From: an archaeon
GTDB taxonomy: Archaea > Nanobdellota > Nanobdellia > Pacearchaeales > GW2011-AR1
NCBI GenBank assembly: GCA_018693315.1
Contig: JABHLR010000004.1
Coordinates: 100,387 to 164,386 of the forward strand
Reading direction: 5' to 3'
Length of the DNA: 64,000 bases
Shown here: positions 1 to 8,884 of the stretch, piece after piece
Position numbering within the stretch: the first letter of the stretch is position 1
Layout: each line of letters begins with the position of its first letter
Translations under genes and position numbers: made by a program
The notes under the pieces: model-generated
The model's input: the letters and a program-made list of their open reading frames with translations, nothing else
What the model was told of the DNA's origin: nothing
Databases searched by the model: none

Positions 1-633
1 TCCAACAAGAGCACCAACCATACAGAGACCAACAACTGCCAGCCAAGGCGAGCCGCTAACATAGGCCACAAAAGATAAGAATCCCAAAATCAAAATTCCC
101 TGCCCAGCTTCAAGCCCACCAAACCCAGCCAAAAAATTATAAGTCGTACTTACACCGGCAACAGCTAAAGGAATTATAACCAAGGGGAACCAGATGCCAA
201 AATTAATCACACCAAAAAACGGAACATTCATAGAGTGGACACCAGCATTAATCACAACCAACGGAACCGACGCAGCAAAAGCCAACAACAATCTAGCCTT
301 CATGGATAGTCCACCATGATGCCAGCCAAACAAGTCGTCAACTAACCCAGCAATACCCAAAATCAAAACCATACTTAGTAGGGCAAAAATCTCCAAAGCC
401 CTAACAGTCCCGCCGAAAACAAAAGTTTTCAAAGCGACATAAGCCAAAACTCCAAAAATAAAGGACATTACAACAACAATTCCACCAGACGAAGCAACAG
501 TCTTAGGATGCCCAAACTTATTCATATCTTCCCAAAGCAAACCGACCTTTTTACACACACTAATCCATTTAGGTATAAGAATCACAGCTAGCAAAAAACT
601 AACTAATACCGAAATCATCAAAAGATATTCCAT
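1..633 (-). CDS. Glycosyltransferase family 4 (MraY/WecA/AglH-like HexNAc-1-phosphate transferase); the 3' end runs off the window
   Basis: Not in the ORF track because it is open to the window edge. My translation from the ATG at 633..631 gives MEYLLMISVLV..., a polytopic membrane protein. GT4-type motifs: LGIAGLVDDLFGWHHGGLS (301-360) and NFLAGFGGLEAGQG (97-138). Confidence 0.65.
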   Translation of the reverse strand, partial: MEYLLMISVLVSFLLAVILIPKWISVCKKVGLLWEDMNKFGHPKTVASSGGIVVVMSFIFGVLAYVALKTFVFGGTVRALEIFALLSMVLILGIAGLVDDLFGWHHGGLSMKARLLLAFAASVPLVVINAGVHSMNVPFFGVINFGIWFPLVIIPLAVAGVSTTYNFLAGFGGLEAGQGILILGFLSFVAYVSGSPWLAVVGLCMVGALVG

Positions 634-668
634 AAAAAACCCTACAAATCACAACTTAAAAGTCTATC

Positions 669-700
669 TAAAATAACAACGGCGTAAGATATACTTCCAT
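669..700. repeat. 32-bp perfect direct repeat, copy 1 (taaaataacaacggcgtaagatatacttccat)
   Basis: Identical to 781-812, which is the last 10 codons plus stop region of the SpoIIM-like gene. On the minus strand it forms a 10-codon mini-ORF, MEVYLTPLLF. Confidence 0.9.
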
Positions 701-761
701 AGACAAAAGTTCACAGAACCTTTTGGCCCGCAAGGGCTTTGCCATTGCATAAATTAAAACC
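698..761 (-). promoter_or_regulatory. Promoter/leader-like module with a 19-nt hairpin/palindrome (730-748); paralogous to the module upstream of PCNA
   Basis: The minus strand reads ggttttaatttat-gcaatggcaaagcccttgc-N29-ATG. It aligns with 57530-57591 (ggttttagatatt-gcaatgacaaagtccttgc-N27-ATG). Both end in ttttgtctATG. Confidence 0.5.
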
Positions 762-779
762 AATTAGCCATGTTGTTTT

Positions 780-1634
780 TTAAAATAACAACGGCGTAAG
801 ATATACTTCCATTAAAGCAGCAATAACCAAAATCACAATCGCAATAATAACCATCAACAAAGAGTCCTGCAAAATCTTCCAAGTTCCCTCTCCATGCAAA
901 TCCTTCCTAATCACAGCAACAGAAATAATACCACCAGCCAAGGCACCAACAAAATAGGCCGAAATCTCAGGAACACCATGAATCATATATCTCAACAAAC
1001 CAAGTCCAAGTCCAGCAAGCTCACCCTTTGCAAAAATTCCAATAGCTGCCGCTATAACCGATGCATTCCAAACAAGAATAAAAATCGCCCCGGCCCCAAA
1101 TGCCAGCGAGAATAAAATCGTAAATATTAAAACATAAATATTATTTGCAAAAATAGCCAAAACAGCAGCAGTCCCAGTAACAGCGCCAGTCATGGGAGAA
1201 ACGCCATGTTCGCCCAAGCAATCATTGTAATGCGAAGGACTATTAATCGCACAAAAAGTTTCTATTTGAGCGTTAAAAATTTGCCCAGCATCATTTGGCA
1301 TTACAATATACCAAAAGGAAAATGCAACAACAAAACCAAGAAACAACCACATCAAAGCGCGAATCGCCTTCGAATGCTCTTTTATCAATTTGCCAGAATC
1401 ATTAATCTCAACATCCTTCCCCTCCTCCAACTTAATAATATAATACATAAATGGCAAACAGACAATCACAGTAAAAATCACAACCAATAGTCCAGCATAT
1501 TTCCCTAAAATAGAATCTTTCATGAAAACAAAATTAACCAACAAAAAAGCAACCGACGCCCAAAACAAGCCCACAAAAAACATCTCCCACGGATTCCTCT
1601 CCGCCTTCTTTGGTTTCATTAATAATTCTATCAT
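780..1634 (-). CDS. SpoIIM/DUF95-family integral membrane protein
   Basis: 284-aa ORF with multiple TM segments. Family-like motifs: FANNIYVLIF...FGAGAIFILVWNASV and YMIHGVPEISAYFVGALAGG. Confidence 0.65.
   Translation of the reverse strand: MIELLMKPKKAERNPWEMFFVGLFWASVAFLLVNFVFMKDSILGKYAGLLVVIFTVIVCLPFMYYIIKLEEGKDVEINDSGKLIKEHSKAIRALMWLFLGFVVAFSFWYIVMPNDAGQIFNAQIETFCAINSPSHYNDCLGEHGVSPMTGAVTGTAAVLAIFANNIYVLIFTILFSLAFGAGAIFILVWNASVIAAAIGIFAKGELAGLGLGLLRYMIHGVPEISAYFVGALAGGIISVAVIRKDLHGEGTWKILQDSLLMVIIAIVILVIAALMEVYLTPLLF
781..812. repeat. 32-bp perfect direct repeat, copy 2 (3' end of the SpoIIM-like CDS)
   Basis: Identical to 669-700. The two copies flank an 80-bp segment (701-780) that contains the promoter-like module. 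Confidence 0.9.
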
Positions 1635-1674
1635 AGCAGTACCTCAAATAGAATTGTTAATGAACTGATACTTC

Positions 1675-1696
1675 GGTTCTTTAATAATTCTATCAT
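1675..1696. repeat. Imperfect 22-bp duplicate of the 5' end of the SpoIIM-like CDS (compare 1612-1634)
   Basis: ggttctttaataattctatcat versus ggtttcattaataattctatcat. The upstream copy starts a 21-codon uORF (MIELLKNRS...) whose TGA overlaps the main ATG (ctATGAta). Confidence 0.7.
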
Positions 1697-1757
1697 TTTA
1701 TCACCTTAACACTCAACACACAGACATCTTTTTAAAGTTTTATCAACTTCTACCATC

Positions 1758-2588
1758 ATGAAAAAAGAGGCAATAGCGAGACGTTTCGACAAAATCCTAG
1801 CTGATATAAAATCCGTAAAAGTTCAAGGGGCAGAGAACGTAGCAAAAGCAGGAATCAAAGCATTTCTACTCTCTCCAACAAAATCTTCAGCAAAAAAAAT
1901 TCTAGCAACTCGCCCAACAGAACCACTAATGCAAAACGCAATCAAACTTTTACTTAAATCAAAAAATCCAAAAAAAACTGCAGAAAAATTCTTATCAAAT
2001 CTAAAAAAATCTCACGACACAATTTCGAAAAAAGGAGCAATGTTAATCAAAAACAACATGAACATTTTCACACATTGCCACTCATCAACAGTCATCGATA
2101 TCTTAAAATACGCAAAACGAAAACGAAAGAAAAAATTTGTAGTCTACACAACCGAGGTCGAACCACTGTTGCAAGGACGAGAAACAGCAAGGGATTTAGC
2201 AAAAGCAAAAATAAAAGTTATAATCTCTCCAGACTTAGCAGCAGAACAATCAATAAAAAAATGCGACCTACTTCTCTTCGGAGCCGACGCTTTCACAAAA
2301 TCAATAGTAGCCAACAAAATCGGAACAAGTACACTAGTCAAACTAGCAAAATCTCATAGCGTTCCAAGATACGCATGCGGCGTCTCAACAAAATTCACAA
2401 ACAAAGTAAAAATAGAAAAACGACCATCGCGAGAAGTCTGGCAAGATAATAATGAAACAATCGAAGTAATCAATCCAGCCTTCGACAAAACAAAACTCAA
2501 AAATTTATCAGGAGTAATATCAGAATTCGGAATACTTCCATACAAACAATTTGCCAAAAAAGCTAAAGCAAAATTAAAATCCCTTTAA
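1758..2588 (+). CDS. eIF-2B alpha/beta/delta family protein (candidate ribose-1,5-bisphosphate isomerase)
   Basis: 276 aa. Family-like core: IFTHCHSSTVIDILKYA...VVYTTEVEPLLQGRETARDL...LLLFGADAFTKSIVANKIGTSTLVKLAKSHSVP. Confidence 0.7.
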   Translation: MKKEAIARRFDKILADIKSVKVQGAENVAKAGIKAFLLSPTKSSAKKILATRPTEPLMQNAIKLLLKSKNPKKTAEKFLSNLKKSHDTISKKGAMLIKNNMNIFTHCHSSTVIDILKYAKRKRKKKFVVYTTEVEPLLQGRETARDLAKAKIKVIISPDLAAEQSIKKCDLLLFGADAFTKSIVANKIGTSTLVKLAKSHSVPRYACGVSTKFTNKVKIEKRPSREVWQDNNETIEVINPAFDKTKLKNLSGVISEFGILPYKQFAKKAKAKLKSL

Positions 2589-2998
2589 GCCACCTTCATA
2601 ATCTTCCTAATAATAATACTAGAAACAACACTAAATCCAATATACCACCAAATCCATCCACTTCCCATTAACGGCTCATAAATACCTCTCAACCACCAGA
2701 ACAAAAGTAAAAACGGAATTATCGTCACAAACATCGGCTTCATCGACGACTTAAACATAACACCAGTCAACTTCATTAATTCACTGTTCAGCTCTTTCAT
2801 AATCTTCCCATCCTTGCATCCCTTCAACTCTTTCTGAATCTCTTTCTGTCTCGCTTTCAAACTCTTCAAGTGCTCCTGATTCGTCAACCACTTATGCGCC
2901 AACGTAGCAATAAAAGTCACAATCACAGAAAACACAGCAATCGAAAGTTTCGGATTCGCCGTCATCACCTCAGTTAATGTCATAATAATAATCACCAA
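2585..2998 (-). CDS. DUF106/EMC3-TMCO1-like membrane protein (archaeal YidC/Oxa1-like insertase candidate)
   Basis: 137 aa. Has a TM segment, a K/E coiled segment (KSLKARQKEIQKELK), then TM segments. It occupies the conserved position next to secY. The real start is possibly the internal MTLTEV. Confidence 0.6.
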   Translation of the reverse strand: MVIIIMTLTEVMTANPKLSIAVFSVIVTFIATLAHKWLTNQEHLKSLKARQKEIQKELKGCKDGKIMKELNSELMKLTGVMFKSSMKPMFVTIIPFLLLFWWLRGIYEPLMGSGWIWWYIGFSVVSSIIIRKIMKVA

Positions 2999-3123
2999 AA
3001 TATCTTTTTAAACTTACCTTAACAATTCTGGTTATTGCGACATAATTTCTAAGTTAACATTTTCGTAGTGTATTGCAATACATGAGAAAATTTTAACAAC
3101 GAAATTATTAGCAAGAATCGGAA

Positions 3124-4491
3124 TTATGCTCCAAAGAATCCTTTTAGTGCCGGATTCATATCAACAGCGTGCTGCTGCGCAATGTTCTGGTACAACTGGT
3201 ACAAAATCATAACAGCCAAAAGAATCGCAGTTCCACCAACCAAAGCTCCAAGAAGATTCGCAACCGACGCCAAAATACCAATAGCCGCACCACCCATTAT
3301 CGTCAACGGTCCAACATACCGCTTCAAAATCTGCTCAAGAACTCTCTCGTCTTTCCTAAACCCTGGCATGCTCATTCCAGAATTAACAATCTTATTCGCC
3401 TGACTCCTCGCATCCTGCCCCGAAGTATTAACCCAAAAGATAGCAAACAAAACAGAGAACAAAACATAAAATAAAACATGCCCAACAGCCTGAGCCGCAT
3501 AAACCCACCTAAAGCTACCAGTGATAATATTTTCTAAAATAGGATTAGACCCGATCCAAAAACTCAAACCAGAAACTGCTTGACCACCACTACTAAACCC
3601 TCCCAAGAAAGTCGCAGACCCTAACCATCCCTGAATCATCGACGCAAACAACTGAACATTAGCAGCCAAAGCCGAAACAAAAATCACAGGCATAACACCA
3701 GAATAAAAGAAATTCAAAGGCCATTTCACAGAATGCCCTCTAACTCTATCAAACGCCAGAGGAATCTCAACCTTCAAACTCTGCGCAAAAATTACAGCCA
3801 AAAACAAAATCGCGGTTACAAGAATCGGGAAGAAGGCTCTCGCCACCCCAGTACCATCTCCAACAATTACCGACGCCACAATAGCCAAAACCTTACCACT
3901 CGCTTCAAAAGTTCCCTGCGGTCCCATAAACTGGAACAACTGCGCAAACAATCTCCAACCAATACCAGCAGCAATAAACAGACTAACACCAGAACCGAAA
4001 CCCCACTTCTGAATAACCTCATCCATAAATATAATTAAGAAACCACCAAGACACAACTGCAAAATCACAAGCCCCGTAAACCCAGGCTCGGCCGCAATTC
4101 CCTTCATCAAAACATAAATCAACGCCTCAAAAATCACAAACGCAAACGCCAACAACTTCTGCATTCCCTGAAAAAACTTCTTACCCTCATCGCTGTTTGT
4201 ATCAATATTCAAAATCCCAGCACCATTAAGCAACTGCAAAATAATACTCGCCATCACGATAGGACCAATACCAAGCGAAATAATCGAACCAAAAGAAGTA
4301 CCCATCAAAATAGCCAAGTATTCAAATCTAGAAAGCGAATTCGCAGCAATCCCAAACAAAGGAATATTAGCCAAAATAAAATAACCAATCAAAATAACCA
4401 GAGTCCACTTCAACTTAACATTAAAACTAACCTTCTTCTCAGTCGGAGCCCTGACCTCAGGCAAATTATGTAATAATCCTCGTAAACCCAT
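3124..4491 (-). CDS. secY: Preprotein translocase subunit SecY
   Basis: 455-aa, 10-TM protein (e.g. GIGPIVMASIILQLL). It follows L15 at the end of the ribosomal-protein cluster. Confidence 0.95.
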   Translation of the reverse strand: MGLRGLLHNLPEVRAPTEKKVSFNVKLKWTLVILIGYFILANIPLFGIAANSLSRFEYLAILMGTSFGSIISLGIGPIVMASIILQLLNGAGILNIDTNSDEGKKFFQGMQKLLAFAFVIFEALIYVLMKGIAAEPGFTGLVILQLCLGGFLIIFMDEVIQKWGFGSGVSLFIAAGIGWRLFAQLFQFMGPQGTFEASGKVLAIVASVIVGDGTGVARAFFPILVTAILFLAVIFAQSLKVEIPLAFDRVRGHSVKWPLNFFYSGVMPVIFVSALAANVQLFASMIQGWLGSATFLGGFSSGGQAVSGLSFWIGSNPILENIITGSFRWVYAAQAVGHVLFYVLFSVLFAIFWVNTSGQDARSQANKIVNSGMSMPGFRKDERVLEQILKRYVGPLTIMGGAAIGILASVANLLGALVGGTAILLAVMILYQLYQNIAQQHAVDMNPALKGFFGA

Positions 4492-4511
4492 AGAATATGA
4501 TTAGAAAATTT

Positions 4512-4521
4512 GTTTATAAAG
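4512..4521 (-). promoter_or_regulatory. TATA-box-like element (ctttataaac on the minus strand) about 21-30 nt upstream of the secY ATG
   Basis: The AT-rich TTTATAAA-type motif recurs at a similar distance before many start codons in this window, which is consistent with short-leader or leaderless archaeal promoters. Confidence 0.4.
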
Positions 4522-4547
4522 TTTTGTAGGCTTTAACGATGCTAACC

Positions 4548-4727
4548 TCAAAGAAAACCATACCCAACAACACAACCATGAGCATCAATAATCCTATTAG
4601 TAGTAATTCTACCAGACCGTGCAATATATTCATTGCCATTCAAGTGATTAGGATTCATAACCGTATCAGGATTTCCGCAAGGAGACCAATTCAACCCATC
4701 ATTAAAAGTTAATTTTTCCAGTTCCAT
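4548..4727 (-). CDS. Hypothetical 59-aa protein inserted between L15 and secY
   Basis: Internal ATG of track ORF 4548..4910, one nt after the L15 stop. Peptide: MELEKLTFNDGLNWSPCGNPDTVMNPNHLNGNEYIARSGRITTNRIIDAHGCVVGYGFL. No family recognised. Confidence 0.3.
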   Translation of the reverse strand: MELEKLTFNDGLNWSPCGNPDTVMNPNHLNGNEYIARSGRITTNRIIDAHGCVVGYGFL

Positions 4728-4728
4728 C

Positions 4729-5214
4729 TTATTTCTTATCAGAACTCTTCTTCTCAACCTTAGCTTCTTTTTCAACCTTCTTCTCAACAACCTTCTTCTC
4801 TTTAATAACCGGCAAAATAATCTTACCACCAGCTTTCTCCATCTTCTCAATAGCAAGCTTACTCGCAGCCTTAGCCGTAATCTCAGCCTTAAATCCTTCA
4901 CCAGCTCCAAGAATCTTATGCTTAGGCAAACTAATCTTCGCCCCGCTAAAATTATCCTTAATATCCCTCAAGTTAATCTGATTAGTCTTCTTCCGAGCCG
5001 AACCTCGAGATGTCAAGCCTTGCTTACCAAAATATCCTTTCTTCTTATCACTAGCAATCGCTCTCTGCTTATCATGGTCCGCTCTCTTACCAGTTCCAGC
5101 CTTACCAAAACCACCCTTGTTACCATGACCCTTATGCTTCTGCCTAAAACCCCATCCAACAGTCCTAGCTCCCCGAATCCTAGAATTCTTCTTTCTCTTG
5201 TGAACTCTCATCAC
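4729..5214 (-). CDS. rpl15: Ribosomal protein uL15
   Basis: RGARTVGWGFRQKHKGHGNKGGFGKAGTGKR, plus synteny. Has a K/E-rich C-terminal tail. Confidence 0.9.
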   Translation of the reverse strand: MMRVHKRKKNSRIRGARTVGWGFRQKHKGHGNKGGFGKAGTGKRADHDKQRAIASDKKKGYFGKQGLTSRGSARKKTNQINLRDIKDNFSGAKISLPKHKILGAGEGFKAEITAKAASKLAIEKMEKAGGKIILPVIKEKKVVEKKVEKEAKVEKKSSDKK

Positions 5215-5552
5215 AACATTCTCCCAACTAATTTAACAATATCTTCATGCTCTCCCAAAATACCTTTCGGCGTTGGCAATCTCGAACTCTTCTTAAATCC
5301 GCCTCTTGGTGGATGCAAAAAGTAAACCCCTTCCTTAGCAGGTCTCTTAGAATTCAATTCCTTAATAAAAGCCTCATCAACCTTTCCAAAAGCAACTAAT
5401 CTCTGAACAGCCCTAACCATTCCCATCTTCACAGCGTCGTTTTCATCAACCATAATCGCCGCAAACTTCTTGTTCATCTTTAATCTCTTCAAAGTCTCAT
5501 TGTCTTTCTTCTTATTCTTAACCTGACCAGCGATCCTAACTACGAATATCAT
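5211..5552 (-). CDS. rpl30: Ribosomal protein uL30
   Basis: 113 aa. IFVVRIAG...TLKRLKMNKKFAAIMV..., plus its position between S5 and L15. Confidence 0.85.
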   Translation of the reverse strand: MIFVVRIAGQVKNKKKDNETLKRLKMNKKFAAIMVDENDAVKMGMVRAVQRLVAFGKVDEAFIKELNSKRPAKEGVYFLHPPRGGFKKSSRLPTPKGILGEHEDIVKLVGRML

Positions 5553-6436
5553 AATCGAACCTCCCCAATTTTCTCAAGAGCCATCATCAAAGCCTTAGCA
5601 GTATTGAAAGTCGTATTAACCTTCCCAGCAGTCTTACTATAAACATCCTTAATCCCAACAGCCTTCAAAATCTTCTTCATCTCATCATTAATAACCAAAC
5701 CAGTTCCCTGCGGCGCCGGCATCAACTGCACCCTAACAGAACCACACTTTCCCTTAACGGTCAAAGGAATACTGTGCTCCTCCTCACAAGAACAATCAAA
5801 CGAAGCACAACCTCTCTGAATCTTAGTAATATTCAACTTAGCCTTCCTAATCGCCTTTTCTTTCGCCGGCAAAGTCTCAGCAGCTCGACCATATCCAAGT
5901 CCAACATGTCCATGCCCGTCACCAACAACAGCCATAACACCAAAAGTCAAAACGTTCCCTTCCTTAGTTTTCTTCTGAGTTTGCCTAAACGCCCTTCGCT
6001 TTCCACCACCAAACTTACCTTTAGCCTGTCCGATAAACAAAGTATCAGTCTTCAAATTCTTAACCAACAAGTCAACAATCTGCGGCTCCATAATCTTTTT
6101 ACCTTCATCCAAAACCTCATCAATATTAGCAACCTTTCCAGCTCGAACAGCTCGACCCAATTCAGTCCTCGGAATCCAAGCCTCCAATTTCTCCTTAGCC
6201 TCTCGCGCAAATCTATCTTCCCTACTCTCTCTCTTAAACTCAGGACGCCCCCTCTCTGTAGCCTTAGCAGTCTCAGCAAACTCCTTAGAAACCTTATCAT
6301 CCGCAGCCTTCTCTTTAGCTTCAACTACTTCAGTCATTTCTTTCAATTGCTTATCGTTATCTAATTCCTTTTCCATAACTTTCTCCGCTTCACCCTCAGC
6401 TTGCTTCTCTTTCTTGTCTCCACCAGTAACTGCCAT
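5549..6436 (-). CDS. rps5: Ribosomal protein uS5 with an approximately 80-aa charged N-terminal extension
   Basis: Core motif VMAVVGDGHGHVGLGYGRAAETLPAKEKAIRKAK. The N-terminus is K/E/D-rich low complexity. Confidence 0.9.
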   Translation of the reverse strand: MAVTGGDKKEKQAEGEAEKVMEKELDNDKQLKEMTEVVEAKEKAADDKVSKEFAETAKATERGRPEFKRESREDRFAREAKEKLEAWIPRTELGRAVRAGKVANIDEVLDEGKKIMEPQIVDLLVKNLKTDTLFIGQAKGKFGGGKRRAFRQTQKKTKEGNVLTFGVMAVVGDGHGHVGLGYGRAAETLPAKEKAIRKAKLNITKIQRGCASFDCSCEEEHSIPLTVKGKCGSVRVQLMPAPQGTGLVINDEMKKILKAVGIKDVYSKTAGKVNTTFNTAKALMMALEKIGEVRL

Positions 6437-6437
6437 C

Positions 6438-6926
6438 TTACTTCAAAGCCTCCTTAACTTTAGCAACCATAGCTTTAACTTCAGGCTTCAAATGCTCACC
6501 ATTCAATCTATCTTCCGACGGGAAAACCTTTTCATTCGCAGGAACATCCAAACCACCATCAACTAATCCCTTAACAACAGCGAAAACTCTCGACCCTGTA
6601 AAAGTTCGAGCCATTCCCAAATCAACAATATATTTCCCCTTCTTCAATTTCTTAGCCATCAACATACCAGTCAAGTATCCAGCAGAAATAGATTTCAAAC
6701 TTCCAGACATCTTTGCATCCCATCCATTCTTCAAAAGTTCCTTAGATGTAACAGTAGCAATAACCTTATCCTGAGCCTCATTAGATTCAACAGCCTGCAA
6801 AATATAATACTTATTCGTCCTTCGCACAACTATTCTAGGAATTCCCGACTCAAGCAATATCCTTCTCGCTTTATAATCAGTCCGATTTTCCCTTCTCCTT
6901 CGCTTCATTGTTCTTAATCCTGCCAT
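6438..6926 (-). CDS. rpl18: Ribosomal protein uL18
   Basis: KRRRRENRTDYKARRILLESGIPRIVVRRTNKYYILQ, plus synteny. Confidence 0.9.
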   Translation of the reverse strand: MAGLRTMKRRRRENRTDYKARRILLESGIPRIVVRRTNKYYILQAVESNEAQDKVIATVTSKELLKNGWDAKMSGSLKSISAGYLTGMLMAKKLKKGKYIVDLGMARTFTGSRVFAVVKGLVDGGLDVPANEKVFPSEDRLNGEHLKPEVKAMVAKVKEALK

Positions 6927-6927
6927 C

Positions 6928-7332
6928 TTACTTATCTTCCTCCAAATGCTCCTTTAAGTGTCTTTTGCTCTTAAACTTCCGAGATCGAATCTCCTTCCTC
7001 AACTGCCTATTCTGTTCCTTATCAACAGCGCCAGTCCTAACCAAACCTCGAACAAACGCCCTCAGTTTTCTAGTAATTATAACATACTCAGCCTTCCTCA
7101 CATTAACTTTCTTCTTAACCTTTCCAACTCTCCTTCGGTTCTTTCTCTTCTCGATCTTCTTCCGACCCTTAACTTCTCGAATCTTAATCGCGCCACTCTT
7201 ATGCAAATCCAAAATATCCATTCTCGTAATCGCTTCCTTAATCTCGCCCAAATGAGCTTCTACGAAAATAATCCTATTCTTACCGACCTTCAAAACCTTA
7301 GCCGCCAAGTCCTTCTTTCTAGCTAGCTGCAT
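6928..7332 (-). CDS. rpl19e: Ribosomal protein eL19
   Basis: LAAKVLKVGKNRIIFVEAHLGEIKEAITR...IREVKGRKK, plus synteny. Confidence 0.9.
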   Translation of the reverse strand: MQLARKKDLAAKVLKVGKNRIIFVEAHLGEIKEAITRMDILDLHKSGAIKIREVKGRKKIEKRKNRRRVGKVKKKVNVRKAEYVIITRKLRAFVRGLVRTGAVDKEQNRQLRKEIRSRKFKSKRHLKEHLEEDK

Positions 7333-7720
7333 TTTTCTTGTCCTCCACTTTATATCGATTCAAAATCACAATCTTCATCTCATTCGCCTTAGCAATAATT
7401 TCTTTCTGCTTCTTCTTTCCAACCTTTCCGATGATAATTCCAGTTCCCTTATTCACAGATTCCAAATCCTTAACATTCTCAACTCGAACCATTTCCATAC
7501 CTTTAACAAAATCCTTAGCACTAGCCTCAGCTCCCCATCCCACTTTCGGCCTCTGTCCTCGCCCTTTTCTTCCAAGCCTAAACTTATTCTGTCGACCCTT
7601 AGCACCGTGCCACTTCTGATTCTTCTTAACTCCACGACCAAGCCTAATCTTCTTATGCCAATCAGTCCTTAAGAACTTCGGCTTCTTCCTAGCTGCTGTT
7701 TTCTTTTCTGTTTCTGCCAT
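7319..7720 (-). CDS. rpl32e: Ribosomal protein eL32
   Basis: KPKFLRTDWHKKIRLGRGVKKNQKWHGAKGRQNK. I chose the start at MAETEKK, which overlaps the L6 stop as TAATG. The track ORF extends to 7738. Confidence 0.85.
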   Translation of the reverse strand: MAETEKKTAARKKPKFLRTDWHKKIRLGRGVKKNQKWHGAKGRQNKFRLGRKGRGQRPKVGWGAEASAKDFVKGMEMVRVENVKDLESVNKGTGIIIGKVGKKKQKEIIAKANEMKIVILNRYKVEDKKNAAS

Positions 7721-8262
7721 TAGATAGCTCTCCCGCATTTGTTAGTTATAAATATTCCATCTTGGAAAATTCTCCGGTCTCTTCCAGTCAATCTAGTTGC
7801 CTTCTCCAAATTAGCCGCAGTCTGTCCAGCAGCCTCGATATTATTAGATGTAACAGTAATTTTAGTCCCTTTAATATCAACCTTAGCGCCATCAATAATC
7901 TTAGCAACCCTCTCGGTTGTCTCACCCAAAAACGACTTGATAACAACCTTCTTATCATCAGCCTTAACATTCATAGGAAAATGCACATTACAAACCTCAA
8001 GCTCATAAACAAAATCCTCACCAAGCCCCTTAATCATATTCTTCAAATGCGCCCAAGTCGTTCCAATCATTTTCGATTCTCTACGAGTAGCTCCTTTAGC
8101 AGTCAAAATAATTTTCTTATCTTTTACAACAGCCTTAACCTTACCTAAATCGCAAGTTTTCTTCAACTCCTTACCAGAACTCTTAACAACAAAATCGTTC
8201 CCACTAACAACAACTTCAATTCCCTCAGGAATATCAATAATTCTTTCCAAATCTTTATTCAT
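7720..8262 (-). CDS. rpl6: Ribosomal protein uL6
   Basis: IPEGIEVVVSGNDFVVKSSGKEL...VHFPMNV, plus synteny. Start taken at MNKDLER; the track ORF extends to 8280. Confidence 0.9.
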   Translation of the reverse strand: MNKDLERIIDIPEGIEVVVSGNDFVVKSSGKELKKTCDLGKVKAVVKDKKIILTAKGATRRESKMIGTTWAHLKNMIKGLGEDFVYELEVCNVHFPMNVKADDKKVVIKSFLGETTERVAKIIDGAKVDIKGTKITVTSNNIEAAGQTAANLEKATRLTGRDRRIFQDGIFITNKCGRAI

Positions 8263-8263
8263 T

Positions 8264-8641
8264 TTAATAGAAATAAGCAATTACGCTTCCTCCTAATTTA
8301 TTTGCAACTGAATCCTTCTGGTCCATCAAGCCCTTATTTGTGGAAATAACCAAACTACCGAAATTTCTCGACGGTAAAAATCTCCTCAAATACTTATCAA
8401 TATCCGCAACCCCAGCATAATACCTAGGCTTCACAGCTCGACACTCATTCAATTTGATAATCTTAACAGTAACAGTTTTCTCAGCCTCATTAGTCTCATA
8501 ATCAATATGACCCTTCGACTTCATCATTTCAAATAAGTTCAGCAAAACCTTAGAGTATCGCTTAATCGTAAGCTCCACTTTTCCAACTCGCTTAGCATTC
8601 ATGATTTCGTTAAATCCATCAGCAACTATATCTTGTGACAT
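8264..8641 (-). CDS. rps8: Ribosomal protein uS8
   Basis: DIVADGFNEIMNAKRVGKVELTI...GSLVISTNKGLMD. Confidence 0.9.
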   Translation of the reverse strand: MSQDIVADGFNEIMNAKRVGKVELTIKRYSKVLLNLFEMMKSKGHIDYETNEAEKTVTVKIIKLNECRAVKPRYYAGVADIDKYLRRFLPSRNFGSLVISTNKGLMDQKDSVANKLGGSVIAYFY

Positions 8642-8653
8642 TCTTTGTTCCTC

Positions 8654-8884
8654 CTAACTATATTTTTTGAACCCAAGTTCAACAGCCAACTCTCTGAAAC
8701 AGTGTCGGCACAAATTTAGATTATAAGATGAAATGTGAGCACCATGCCTTCCACAAACCTCGCACTTCTTAGCAGCAATCCCGAACTTTCTTGGCTTAGG
8801 CTTATTGTGTTTCAAAAACTTCTTCAAAACAGCCGGCTTTCCCCGAAGCTGTCGAGTTATTTTTCTCCAATCGCTTGCAGTCAT
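8654..8884 (-). CDS. rps14: Ribosomal protein uS14 (zinc-ribbon type)
   Basis: CEVCGRHGAHISSYNLNLCRHCFRELAVELGFKKYS. Confidence 0.9.
   Translation of the reverse strand: MTASDWRKITRQLRGKPAVLKKFLKHNKPKPRKFGIAAKKCEVCGRHGAHISSYNLNLCRHCFRELAVELGFKKYS

Noticed and set aside
4728-4910. The N-terminal half of track ORF 4548..4910 (MELVKDLRLRLRLRLRVSLLLRRW...).
   Set aside because: It overlaps the uL15 CDS in another frame, and its Leu/Arg periodicity mirrors the K/E-rich tail of L15. I kept only the 3' part after the L15 stop as a low-confidence small ORF.
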